64,000 nt of DNA from Zootoca vivipara (Eukaryota), in contig NC_083281.1 of the NCBI RefSeq assembly GCF_963506605.1, forward strand, positions 56,792,001 through 56,856,000, given 5' to 3'. This document shows, one piece after another, positions 42,029 through 53,675 of the stretch (the stretch's first letter is position 1; each line of letters begins with the position of its first letter). Under the pieces are notes generated by a model. It saw only the letters and a program-made list of their open reading frames with translations. It was not told the origin of the DNA and did no database searches. Position numbers and translations under genes: made by a program.

Positions 42029-42714
42029 TTAAGTCTTTAAAACAGTACCCCACGAGAAACTGTAGAGAGAGGCTGGTAGGGTCTCCTAGCTGGCCTTGGT
42101 TATCCTGACAGAACTCTCTATGGTTCAATCCACGGTGTTTAGGTATTTATCCCAAGTCAGCCATCTCTGCCACAGCTGGGACTCCAGAATATTTCAGCCT
42201 CAAAAAGTCTGTCTTCCCTGCAAGTGGCTTAAGATATCTGTAGTAAGGAAAGAGACATGGTATGTAATGATGTATTCGCTGCAGCTCTGTCTCCACTACT
42301 GCATGTGCTCTTTACAACACATACAGCTCACCTCTCCTGGCAAACCCAAGAAGCTGATACTTTTTCCCCTGTGGCTGGTCCCTAATCACCAGGAATTTCT
42401 GCCTAAATTTGCATACCAGCACAGATAGGAGCCTCCTCCCTCCTTCTGCCATCCCCAAATAAGGCAAAAGTCCTAGATTAATCAGCGACTCGCCCTACAC
42501 GACCTTCCTGAGCCTTGGATTAAGCCCTGCTTGTGAAAACAAACCCAAGGTTGAAGCAAACCAAATTATGCAGTCATAGAAGCATCTGAATCTGCCCGCC
42601 CCAAGGTGAAGGTGTATTTACAGGATCTAGCAAACCACAGGAACACCTCTGGCTCAAACCCAAATATTCTACTTCACTCTGGATTTGCTTTTCAACTAAA
42701 GGAAACTCCCATTA

Positions 42715-43577
42715 CCGTGTTTCTCATATTTTAAGGCATCCCTAAAAAATAAGGCATGGCAGGATTTTCAAGACCTTGCGAAATATAAGGCATACCCCAA
42801 AAATAAGACATGAGCAGGACCCGGCAAAGGCAGCAGTGCGCGCTTTGCCGAGCTCCAAGCCGGCGGCGGGCTGCTGCTTTCCCGCTCAATTTCCCTGCCC
42901 CCTCTCGCGAGACTCGCCGCCGGGTCCGCTCTCGCGCACATGGCCCGGTGAGAGGGAGCCTCCCCTGCGCGCGCGTCTGCGCTCACCCTCCCCCCTCCCT
43001 CCCCCTTTTCGGCCCAGCGCGCCGCCTTGCCTGTTCGTGTGCCGCGCATGTGAGGCGAGCGGGAAGGCAGGAGACCCAGGAGAGCCTGGCGGCCGCCGAG
43101 AACCCCACCACCGCTCTTCCCGCCCAGGACGAGGGGCCCGGAGGAGGAGAGCCCGGCGGCGGCGGAGGAGAAGGAGAAAGAGGCGGCAGCAGCAGCGGCG
43201 ACTCAGAGGCCGAGCTGCTGGACGGGCCTTCCGCGGAGGAGCCTGTGGGGAAGAAGGAGCTGGAGCCCGAAAAAGGCGGCAGTGAGGAGAAGGAGGAGGA
43301 GGAGAAGCCGCGAAGCAGCAGCCCGCCGCCGGCTTGGAGCTCGAGCCGGCAAAGGTACCGTAGCAGCGGCGCTTTGCCGAGCTCCAACAGAGCGGGAGCT
43401 GGCAAAGGCAGCAGCGCGCACGTTGCCGAGCTCCAAGCCGGCGGCGGGCTGCTGCCTTTGCTGGTTCCCACTCAGTCGTGGCTCGGCAAAAAATTAGACA
43501 CCCCCGAAAATAAGCCATAGGCTTATTTTCTTCGGGAAAAAAAATATAAGACATGTCTTAAAATATGAGAAACACGG
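42715..43577. mobile_element. Tc1/mariner (pogo/Tigger-like) non-autonomous element with GC-rich internal cargo
   Basis: TA flanks (42713-42714, 43578-43579); TIR ccgtgtttctcatattttaag...cttaaaatatgagaaacacgg; subterminal AAAATAAG(A/G/C)CAT repeats. Confidence 0.9.
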
Positions 43578-43776
43578 TATATTTCAAAGCAGCCTTTGGC
43601 CCCAATGCATGGGTCACTCTCTGCTACCCTGGTCTGTTTATCTTCCAAACAAAAAGAAATAAATTATCCACAAGGCAGGAGGAAAAAGTATTATTTTCAA
43701 GGCCCGGCATACATTACTGCATAATACGAATATGTACATTACTTCTAGGAATGAGAATGGTCATTCTGATATTGTA

Positions 43777-44000
43777 CAGTTGTACCTTGGTTCTCAAATG
43801 CCTTGTGACTCAAACGTTTTGGCTCCCAAACGCCACAAATACATAAGTGTTCCGATTTACGAACTTTTTTGGAAGCCAAACATCGATTGAGTACAGGAAG
43901 CTCCTGCAGCCAATCAGAAGCCGTGCCTCGGTTTTTGAACATTTTCGGAAGTCAAGCGGACTTCCGGAACAGATTCCGTTCGAGAACCAAGGTATGACTG
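43777..44000. mobile_element. Tc1/mariner-type MITE
   Basis: TA|cagttgtaccttggttctc...gagaaccaaggtatgactg|TA. Confidence 0.88.
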
Positions 44001-44579
44001 TATAGTTCTTTGGAATTTAAAATGCATGAGTCTGTATATACATCTCATACACAGTAAATTATAGCCAAGTTTACTGTTACCATGATGTAATAATACTTAC
44101 AGAATGGACATATTTTTAGACCAGTCAAACACACAAACCTAAGTTTCAGTTAGCACAGCTGAACATGAGCAAGGAAGTGTCATTAACATTGTGAAGACAA
44201 TTTCCATGCCGACATGACATCTTTCTCCTGAGGACCTGATGGAGACAATCAGGGTTTCATTCAAGTCCTTTCCGTCCAGACAGCTCTGCCCCTTTCAGGC
44301 TGTTCAGTATGGCTGTTTCTCAAGCCTTTTCAAAGCAAGGATAGCAGAGCCTGAGTGGGACAGTTCCAGAAGGGTGGGACATCCCCTTCCCCACTTTCCC
44401 AGTACAGCCTTAAGCAGACTACTTCCAGTATACTCCCAACCCAGTGGTTAACTAAAAACTGAGCCCAGCACTCAATGGACACCAGCACTGCTGCTGCTTC
44501 TCACATGCGACTGAACCCAGAGCTGATTCCAAATGCACTGAGTCCAAACAATGAAACCCAAGAAAAGTCTATGCTATTA

Positions 44580-44876
44580 CAGTGGTGCCTTGACTTACAA
44601 ACGACTCAACAACCGAATTTTTTGACTTACGAATGGGGCAAATGGTGGCACGCTTACGAATTTCTCGACATCCGAACGGAAACCGCGGCGGTTTTAGATA
44701 GGGTTTTTTTCAACTTACGAATTTTTAGATGGGGTTGCTTCGACTTACGAATTTTTCCATTTCCAATGCATTCCTATGGGAAATCACGTTTCCAATGGCG
44801 CTTTTCGACTTACAAATTTTTTGACCTACGAAGGTGCCTTCGGAACGGATTAAATTCGTAAGTCGGGGCACCACCG
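44580..44876. mobile_element. Tc1/mariner-type MITE
   Basis: TA|cagtggtgccttgacttac...gtaagtcggggcaccaccg|TA with internal gacttacgaa repeats. Confidence 0.88.
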
Positions 44877-45236
44877 TATTTAAAACCATGGGAAGAAGCT
44901 AGGTAGGCCAACTCTAGGCCTCTTCTAAAGGTGCTTCATCAGTACAAGTCACATTACAGTGGGTGTGGCTCTTGTTTAGTTAGTTAGATCATTCAAACTG
45001 TGACTACACCAGTCCATTCAGAGATCACACTTGTTAAGGGTTGTGCAATAAATAACGGACAGAAATCCTAAACTATGCAGCTCTTGACTGAGCACTCAGC
45101 ATCTGTAGCTGCCTACATTTTGGACTGATGCATTTCATAAAAACTACAAAATGTGGTTAAGATGTTCAACAAGCTACAGAAACCACTGCAAGTTCTCTCT
45201 TATTGCTTGTGAAATCCACTTGTGCCAGCCCATTAG

Positions 45237-45862
45237 TGTGGGGAGCTCGCAATAAAGAACACAGCGGGAGACAGAATGTGGATCCGGAAGGTCGCCCAGA
45301 ACGAAAGCAGGTGCCCCCTTTTATTGAAAATTTTAAGAACTGTCAATGTTTAACCAGAGGTGCATCCTTCATCCAATGACAATTGGTCAAGCCCCAAAGA
45401 GATGGTGTTCTTGCATAGGTCACATCCTGCCAACACCCCAAAAACCCATCATAAGGGAAGTCCCTGTTTCTCAAGTTCACCACGACCATGCCTCTGTCAC
45501 CTGCCCACTCCTCAAACATCCCCCTCCTCTCTAACTCGTGATCCTTGGGGTTTTTCCACCACTCTGACATTTTCCCATTGTCTTCCTCCTAACCTGGGTC
45601 TGACCCTTCAGGCTTGGACCAGCCTCCCCTGTTCTAACCTGCTCTAACCAGTTCCATCAGGATCCTCCCAACTCTGGCCAGTCCAGTAGTGACCTGCTGC
45701 CCTCTAATGTCCCCCTGACCCAACTTGTGAATGCGTGTTTATGCATACTGACGTACAGGAAGGTTTGCCAGCACTGTACGTTGCGTTTGACAGCTGAGGG
45801 TTTTGACAGCTAGCTTTCTATCTGATGCGGTTTGCCGACATCAATCTAAAATCACTGCTACA
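45237..45862 (-). mobile_element. Solo LTR, 626 bp (ERV-like)
   Basis: TG...CA termini; 6-bp TSD cattag at 45231-45236 and 45863-45868; minus-strand AATAAA about 85 bp from the 3' end. Confidence 0.75.
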
Positions 45863-48547
45863 CATTAGTTTCCCAAGCTGATTTTATAAGGGCCTCCTCA
45901 CATCCAACTTCCACTACCGTATAATTACAGAGCCATCACTTTCAAAAGAAGGTGGCTGTCAAGTAGGAGAAACAAAGCAAGGACACAGGCCTTTCAGGTC
46001 ATTCTGCTAGTGCTAGCTACAGAGCTGGAAGGGGACCTCACAAATCATCCTAGTACAACCTCTTGCAGATGGATGGAGGAGACATATTACTACACACACC
46101 AGCCCCAGAAGGTTTTAAAGCAGTAGCTGGATGGCCACCATCTTCCAAGGTATTCTGAACTGCCACTCTTTGGTAGGCTGAACAGTCCTACCTGTCAAGC
46201 AGAGTGTAGTCAGCAGGTGGGTGAAAGACATGGTCTCTGATGAACCTTTCACTTATGAAGGCAGCCCTGTATCAGGAAGTTTTTAATGCTTGACATCTTA
46301 TGTTTTTCTATGCGCTGGAAACCCAGCCAGATGGGTGGAGCATTATTATTATTTGAAAACTTCAGCATTAGTTTTTTTCTTTAACATTGATTCCCTACTT
46401 TTCCATCCCAAAACAGAATGTTCAAACCACTGAACCACCATCATAAATCCTAATACTAATAAAACAGCACAACTCACTCTAATGCAGCAGCAATATAAAT
46501 CCAAGGCGCACACAGAGGAAAAACATCTGAAAAATGCATGGCTCAAGCCATACTGTTCTGACCTGTTGCCTGAAGAGAAAAAGGACGCCATCGGCTGAGT
46601 CCATGGAGAAGAGTCTCATAACCAAGGAGCCTCCACCATCACCAAGAAAGCCTAACCACATATGTCCACATGCCATAGGTGGGCCCCAGAGCAGGGCTTC
46701 CCTTCAGCAGCATCTGCAGCAAGCAGGCAGTTACCTACAGAGGAGCTGATTCCATGGAGTTCCAAACCATCCAGGCAGAGACTGACTCTAGGTCAAGTTT
46801 TCTTGAACTCTAATAATGTGCTCTCAAGCCCATTCTTGGGATCAAATGGCTGTTTTCATTCCTGTTATCAGAAATAGTTCCCCTATTCCGGTCCTGTTTA
46901 CTGGGTGATTTTGCATTTATCCAACCAACCTCATTCTGTTAACTATATTTCTGGACTTTGCTTCCAAATCAACATGCAAAAACGATTCCCCTTCTCCAAA
47001 AGCCTCCCTTTCTGTTAGCGAGAACAAACATGCTTCCCAAGACACTCCTCTAGCACTGCCCCCTGCAACACAACATGAAGTCGACAAGAAGTCTGCAGCC
47101 TTCCTTCACAGATAGTCCATGTGCTGGCTGCAAGCAGAGGACTCTGTTCAGGCAGAGAAATCCCATCAGAGCTCTCTATAGCCACCAGTCTCCAAACTGG
47201 AGGCTTCTCATTAAGGAAATATTTACAGTTACTGTATGCATTCTTTCATTCCACAATTTACATTTGCCACCAACATAGGGACATAGTAAGCTGCCTTCTG
47301 TTTGTGTCAGACCACTGGTCCATCAAGCTCAGAACGGTGACCCTGGCACCTTCTACTTGCAAAGCTGGTGCTCCACTACTGAGCCAAAGTCCTTCCCCAT
47401 GCCATTATTGATTCATGCATGTTATTAGATGATTTATGTCCCCAGAGTATCCAAGGTGGTTTATGGAAAATAAACCACAGCACAAACTGCAGGTATTTGC
47501 AGGATACTGGAGACTGACCAGACTTCCAGGTCTGATCATCTGGTGACAGAGAAGCAGAATTATTTCCCTTTCCCCAAGTGCTGACCAGGGTAGACCCATG
47601 CCTGCTAGAGAGTCTTGTGCCATCTCATGCCTTCCAACCCACTTATTGCCAGTTCTGTGTGGATTCCTTAGGAAAGGAAGCTGTTGCCATAATTACACAG
47701 GAGGATCCTGGTGGATCAGAGCAAGCATACGACCCACAGTGAACCAGCTCCTTCCATGTTTCACGAACCAGCTTCAGTTTCCATCCAAAGCTCTGCTTAA
47801 TGAACAAACCCACTCCCAGTTAAGGAGAAGGCTCTCAGGCTGCCTCTAGGATCCAGAAGTACTCATGATCTAACTTCTACTAAGACACTTTGGAAGAGCT
47901 TCATAGCAAGTCACCAGCTTCCAGAGTAGCCAACATACCACAAGTGCCTTTATTAAGTATGACATTTTAAAAATAATCTCTGGTAAACAGATGTTTAGTA
48001 AGAAATGCTCTGATAGCTATCTGTCTAATGTGGCATTCACTCACCAGGATGGAATTTCTGGTTGCCTATGACTACCAGGTGAGTTGTTAGGTACATGCAA
48101 GGCTGTCCTAAAGCTCATCTTGCAATACTAAAGTTGACCCCACCTCTCTTCAGGTACTCCAAGGAATGAGTCACAAGATAAACCAAATATAAGAACTCTT
48201 TCAAAGTAGCAACACTCTTAACGGAACTTTCACAATGAGGGTGGGTCCTGATACATACCAGGTACAGGGTTAGCTCTACAGAACAGAAATTTGGGATCTA
48301 CCTCAGGCAGCAAGAGGTCTCAAGACAGCACTGTTCAGATTGCAAACAGTTTCTGATTGCAGGCCCAAAAAAACTCTCAGAAGATGCCCAAGCTGAAGAA
48401 ACAATAAAAACAGGTCTTTGGTTCAAAAACACCTGCAACTACTCCTAAAATCCAACTCTGCCATAAGATGGTCAACATGCAAGCCAACATACAAAGTAAA
48501 GTTTATTAACTATGTTTGGGAGGAGAGAGACAGAATGCAATTCACTA

Positions 48548-48783
48548 CCGTGTTTCTCCAAAAATAAGACACCGTCTTATATTTATTTTTCCTCAAAACA
48601 CACACACTATGGCCTATTTTCAGGGGATGTCTTATTTTTTTCCTCCTCCTCCTGCCGCGGCTGGCATTGCTGCTGCGCCTATCATTACGTCTTATTTTCG
48701 GGGTATGGCTTATATTCCTTGAATGCTTAAAAATCCTGCTACGTCTTATTTTATGGCTACGTCTTATTTTCGGAGAAACAGGG
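48548..48783. mobile_element. Short Tc1/mariner MITE related to 42715-43577 but lacking the large cargo
   Basis: TA|ccgtgtttctcc...ggagaaacaggg|TA; repeated gtcttatttt motif. Confidence 0.85.
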
Positions 48784-50599
48784 TACCTCAATGCAGGTAC
48801 GCCCGGAATTAACAGCCAGACTTTGTTAACAAAAAAAGTGACAGTGCAACCATACTACTGGGGGGGAAAGTGTTCTACAAATACAAAAACATCCAGAATA
48901 AGCTCACAGCAGTGTTAGAAACTATGATATGTAAGTTAGGTGCCAAAAGTCTCCTTAAACCAAGGTCACAGTTATCACAGTCACCACAACAGAATATCTA
49001 GTTGCCATTTGAGGGTAAGACAGCCCTAAAGTCTTATTTTTCAAATGATAGACTAATTGTGATTGATTATCAGTGAAACACCTGGCTAGTTCAGATGACT
49101 ACCTTGAACTAGAGAATTAAAGAAGAAAAGTCACTTGATGCAGGGACAGTCCACATATATATTAGCCTATTCCTACGTCTTTTTCTTAATGGTGACACTG
49201 ACCATTCATAACATAGGAATGTTCTTCACAACTGTGAGAAGGTCAGTGGGGTGGGGTGGGGTAAGTGAAGACAAACTACAATAATTAACTAACGTTGCTC
49301 CTGTTCAGGCTGCACACAAAAAAAGCATTTTGGTTCCTGAAATTCATTCTGATTGTGCAGATAAAATATAACTGATAGAATTCTACAGTGTGTGAAAACA
49401 GTCAAGAACCAATGATCCCCAGCCATACACCTGCAGATGGTTGCTATGACAGGCGCTCTCCTAGCATTAGGGCATCTTCACTTGGTTGCAAGTGGTCAAT
49501 AGTCAGGTGCAAAATGCACCTGGCTAATTTTGGACATTGGCCCATAGCCAACAGAAATTCAACAAAGGTTAAGACCACAGCATTCAGACAAAAGACAAAC
49601 ATACTCCAGCTGCAATACTATCTAAAAGCAGGTCTTCCATTTCATGATAGATCTTTGAACTACACCAAACTTAGTCAATGTAACAATTCTGCCCAATCGT
49701 CACAATTTCTTTCAAGAGACACAGAGGATTTTCAGCATACACTAGTTAGACATTTTATAAAAGAGAGGCCCTCTGTCAGACAGGTTCTGTTAATCATTAG
49801 TGATAAGGTAGCACCATCATTCCACATGATGCTTTGCAGAGAATCACATCAATATGAGCTTACAGTTTCTAAATTTTAAATGGCAGATGAAGGAGAAATG
49901 TGAGCAAATACTCCATGTTGCAACAATAAAGGTGAAACCAAAGGCATTAAACAACAGGCTTCAAAGTGAACATGTGTTTTGAGGAAGTGTTTGAAGAGAA
50001 GAGAAAGAGATATAGGGTGTCACAAAGGGTTTCTTGCAAGGAGTTCGAGTCTAGGGGACAGAAAACTGGGCAATCAAGCTGAAGCAACTAAGGATATGGG
50101 CAGGAATATCCATATTAAAATAAAGTTAAGTTTCAGAAGGTCTGCAGATGTTGAGTAACCCTCCTCCAACTGTTACTCATCTACAAGAGTACTGTAGTGC
50201 TAGATAACTCCTTCACAATCATTAACCTCAGTAGGAAAGCAACTTATCTCATTTGTAAGACCCTTAGGAATTCTTACCATCAAGTGGAATAAAACTTTTG
50301 TTAAATAAAAATAAACAAATATTTCCCTCTTGACAGAAGGGCAAGAAAAGGAACTGCACTGGCTTCTTCAAGTCAAGTTGACAGGTGAGCCAGCTGGCTG
50401 GACTGCCCTCTCACTTCCCTGCACCCACCCCTGGGTCTTGGCCTTTCCTTTCCCCAGCGCTCACTGAACAGCCATTCTTTGCAAAGCGTCGGAATCCACA
50501 TCCAACAGCCTTGAGCCTTTTCCTAGTGTCGACCCTGCCATAAACGGGAGTGACTCAGTCTCTTTCCCCGACGAGGTGTTCCTAAGCCCCTTGCTCACA

Positions 50600-51800
50600 G
50601 GGTCTGTCAAGGAGCGAGCCGAGTCTCTTTCTTCAGGCCTCGGGTAGGAGCCGATCCGATCGCCGGAAGCCCGGGCGAGCTGTACGGGGGTGAACTCCGG
50701 CACGGCGCGCGGAGAAGACTCTCCTCGTCTATAACAGAAGAGGCCACAGGTACTTCCGAAGACGCCGACAGCAGAGACAGAACTGGCCGGGCGAGGAGAA
50801 AAACGCCTCGAACAGCGGGAGGGAAGTCATGAGCTAAGGCTGGCCTTTGCTCAGGACGCGGCGGCGCGGAAAAGGGAAGCGGACGGAGGAACAGCCACCT
50901 CTTGCCCGGGAGGGCGAAGGGCCGCTCCGGCAGGGGCAGCAGCACCGCCAGGCCTCACTAGCCAGCTGGCGAGTCAGACGGCAGCAACCCTCGCGGAACA
51001 CGGCAGCGCGCTCCCTTCTTGCGCTAGGAACCGGCGTTTCTCCCCTTAGCCAGCCGACCCGCCCGCCGACCGGAAAGCGGCCGAGCCCTCGGCGGCCAAG
51101 GCTCAATCAGTCCCGGGAGGCGGGGCGGGAGGTGGCAGCGGCTGGCTGGGCCTTGCCCCGGGCAGCGGCGGCGGGCCCAGGATCCTACCGCCGAAGTAGA
51201 AGCATCAGCAACCCCTACGCTGCCTGGCAGCGCCCCTCCTCTCTCCCCGCGCGGGACTCACCGGGCCGGATCCCTACGGCGAAGGCGGCGGCGGCAGTAA
51301 CTAGAGCCTGGCATCCAAAATGGCGGCGGCGCGGCCTCAGCACCGATACCGCAGGCGGAGGAATCTGGAGACCGGGACTTACTGACTGCTCTCTCTCAGA
51401 GCACAGCGCGGCGATAGCCTGCTGCATCCATTAACTTTGCTGCGTCCTCCGTCGCCGCCGGCCGGTGCGTTTCCTGGCCAGGCAGAATGCTCGGCGCTTG
51501 GAACCGCGGTAACTGGCCCCAGAACTCGTTTCCTCCGCGGAAGTATCTGTAGCGGTGTCACACGATTAGCGGTGAGACTGCGCCGTGGCAGGTAGTGATG
51601 ACGTCAGACGCCTGCCTAGTCACCGCTGCGGCTGTGCTCACGACCTGCGTCCGGCCGGGTCGTATTAGCGAACATTAAAGTTCCGTTCTGGATACGGAAC
51701 TTGCCCACAGCCCGAGAGGCGAAGCGCCTGCCGTCCTTCGAGGAAAAAAACAGCTGACAGGGCGACTGAAGCGTCTTCGCCAATTGCGAAGTGCCGGGGG
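50600..51800 (-). promoter_or_regulatory. AP1G1: AP1G1 CpG-island promoter and non-coding first exon(s)
   Basis: Minus-strand donors ccg|gtgagt (exon end 51262) and tca|gtaagt (51383); YY1 motif ccgccatttt near 51320; full CRE TGACGTCA at 51599-51606. Confidence 0.75.
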
Positions 51801-53189
51801 CTAGCCTGACAGTAGCGGGGCCAAGTCCTACAGACCACTTGCTTTCCTTGCAAGATCAATCTTAAGCAAGTTTACTCGAAAATATATCCCAATGCATTGG
51901 ACATACACAGGACTGCAGGCTTTGCACGGAGCTCCAGTGTCCCGTTTCTGAGGCCGCAGAGACACGAAGACGCTTGCTGGCAAGCGCCTTGTTTGAACGT
52001 GGAGAGCCTCTCGGCTCAACCTCCTCTGATTTGCGTGAAGCAGTTTTCACTAATGTGGCCGATACATCCATTTCAGCTCTGGCCTCTCTTAGGGCTCTAC
52101 AGTTCCGCGGCTAGTATTAAGGTTTGGGGGCTAGAAAGCTTCGCCACGGGATATATATTGGTCACTTCAATCGTTATCTCTGATAGTCGGCGGCGGCGGC
52201 TTCTTGCACTGCTTCCGCCTCCCATTAGGGCATCTGGCTAATCGCTGGGAAACAGATGGGGAAACTGTAGGAAGCTGTCTTAAATTGAGTCAGTCTCTTG
52301 GTCCACCTAGCTCAGTATTGCTTACACTGGCGGTCAACAGCTTTTCACGGTATAGGACAGGATTCCTCACTCTGACCTACCTGAAAGTGCCTGCCCAAGT
52401 CTGGTCCTGTCTGCACGCAAAAGCACATGCAGCCCTTCCCTTCCCTCCTCCACTTTCCTTAGTTTGATCTAACGGACAAGCAGAGTTCTTCCTAGGATCG
52501 CGCCAGAAAAGCGGCTTTTTTTTAGTTGCAAATCGATGGGCGACAGGAGCCCCACGGAGAGCATTCTTCTCTTTCTCACACAAACAAAGGAGAAATAATT
52601 AATCAACTCAACATCGAGTGACAGCTCTATCCCATCTACATAGCACCAGCAAGCTATTCCTGTCCTGGCCAGTATAAGGCCAAGCCACTTTTATGCTTGA
52701 AGGTTGGAAAGTGCTTCGAGAATTGTTGCCCTTGTAAAAGGAACCCGTGCCGTGCAGAGTCTGTGACTGAAGCGGCCTGGCTCTTTGCGGGTTTGGACAC
52801 ACTGGCTGCCTACCCACACAGAGACCGGTTCCTTGCCAGGATAGCGTGAGGCTCCTATTAAAGGTCTCGCTCTCTGATTTCCCTTCCTTGATTTGCTTAG
52901 CGTGAATTTCACTGTGGCCATAATTTACGCATCTTCTCGGTTTAAGGCCAGGAATAGCCAGCCGAGAAGCAGCGCCAGCTTATTCGCTCCTTTCAGCAAG
53001 GCCCCGTGGGGGCGCTTCGTTTTTCCTGCCGCAAAGGCACGAGGCTGGCGGCTTCATCATCTTAATAAAGAGGCACACCACACAGTGGAGAGACCGCTTC
53101 AAGTGCACAAGCATGGCTTATTATTTCTCAAGCCAGACCTCAGCAGTCCTTACAACAACCCTACAGGTAGGCCACGGAGTAGAGCTCGG

Positions 53190-53600
53190 GGGGGATGCCG
53201 GGGCGCGACGTCACGTGCAGAGGGGAAGGGCAGGTGCGTTTGTCGCTATAGCGATGCCGCCGCCGCTTCCTCGACTGTCGTTATGGCAACCGCAGGCGGC
53301 GTCACGTCATCGCTGTGCGCTGTGCGCGCGCCGTCCTAACGTCATGAGTCTCGGCAGTTCCGGCGCGCCGTGCAAGGCGGCGGCAGCGGCGGCGGAGAAG
53401 AAAGAGGGCGGGGTCAGGCCCGGGGCGGCTGCGGAGTCGGCGGGCAGAGGGATGGCACTCAGCCGTGGAGGCGGCGGCGGTGGCGGCGGGTGAGCGACAG
53501 GAGTGTTCGGGGCTCTCTTCCCGCCGCCGGGGGGAAGCCGCCCGCATGCCCCCCCCGCTGACCCCTGTGCTCTTCTCTATGTCTTTGCAGGTGATCTCGC
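53190..53600 (+). promoter_or_regulatory. ATXN1L: ATXN1L CpG-island promoter and 5' UTR exon
   Basis: CRE/E-box gacgtcacgtg, RFX X-box gtcgttatggcaac (53277-53290), donor cgg|gtgagc near 53489, acceptor tttgcag| at 53590. Confidence 0.7.
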
Positions 53601-53675
53601 CCGGAGACCCCCTTGAGGAGGAGAAGGAGGAGGCGACAGCAGCAGCCCACCTTGCAGCTTCCCGAAGCGAGCGCC

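Noticed and set aside
42810-43520. 236-aa ORF as an independent gene or transposase
   Set aside because: Confined to a MITE, no DDE/D domain, and partly built from its repeats.
48548-48783. Spaced short repeats resembling a CRISPR array
   Set aside because: Subterminal repeats of a mariner MITE in a vertebrate genome.
50461-50945. Minus-strand ORFs ending at a donor, as an N-terminal extension of AP1G1
   Set aside because: The frame matching the AP1G1 ATG contains a stop; at most a UTR exon or uORF.
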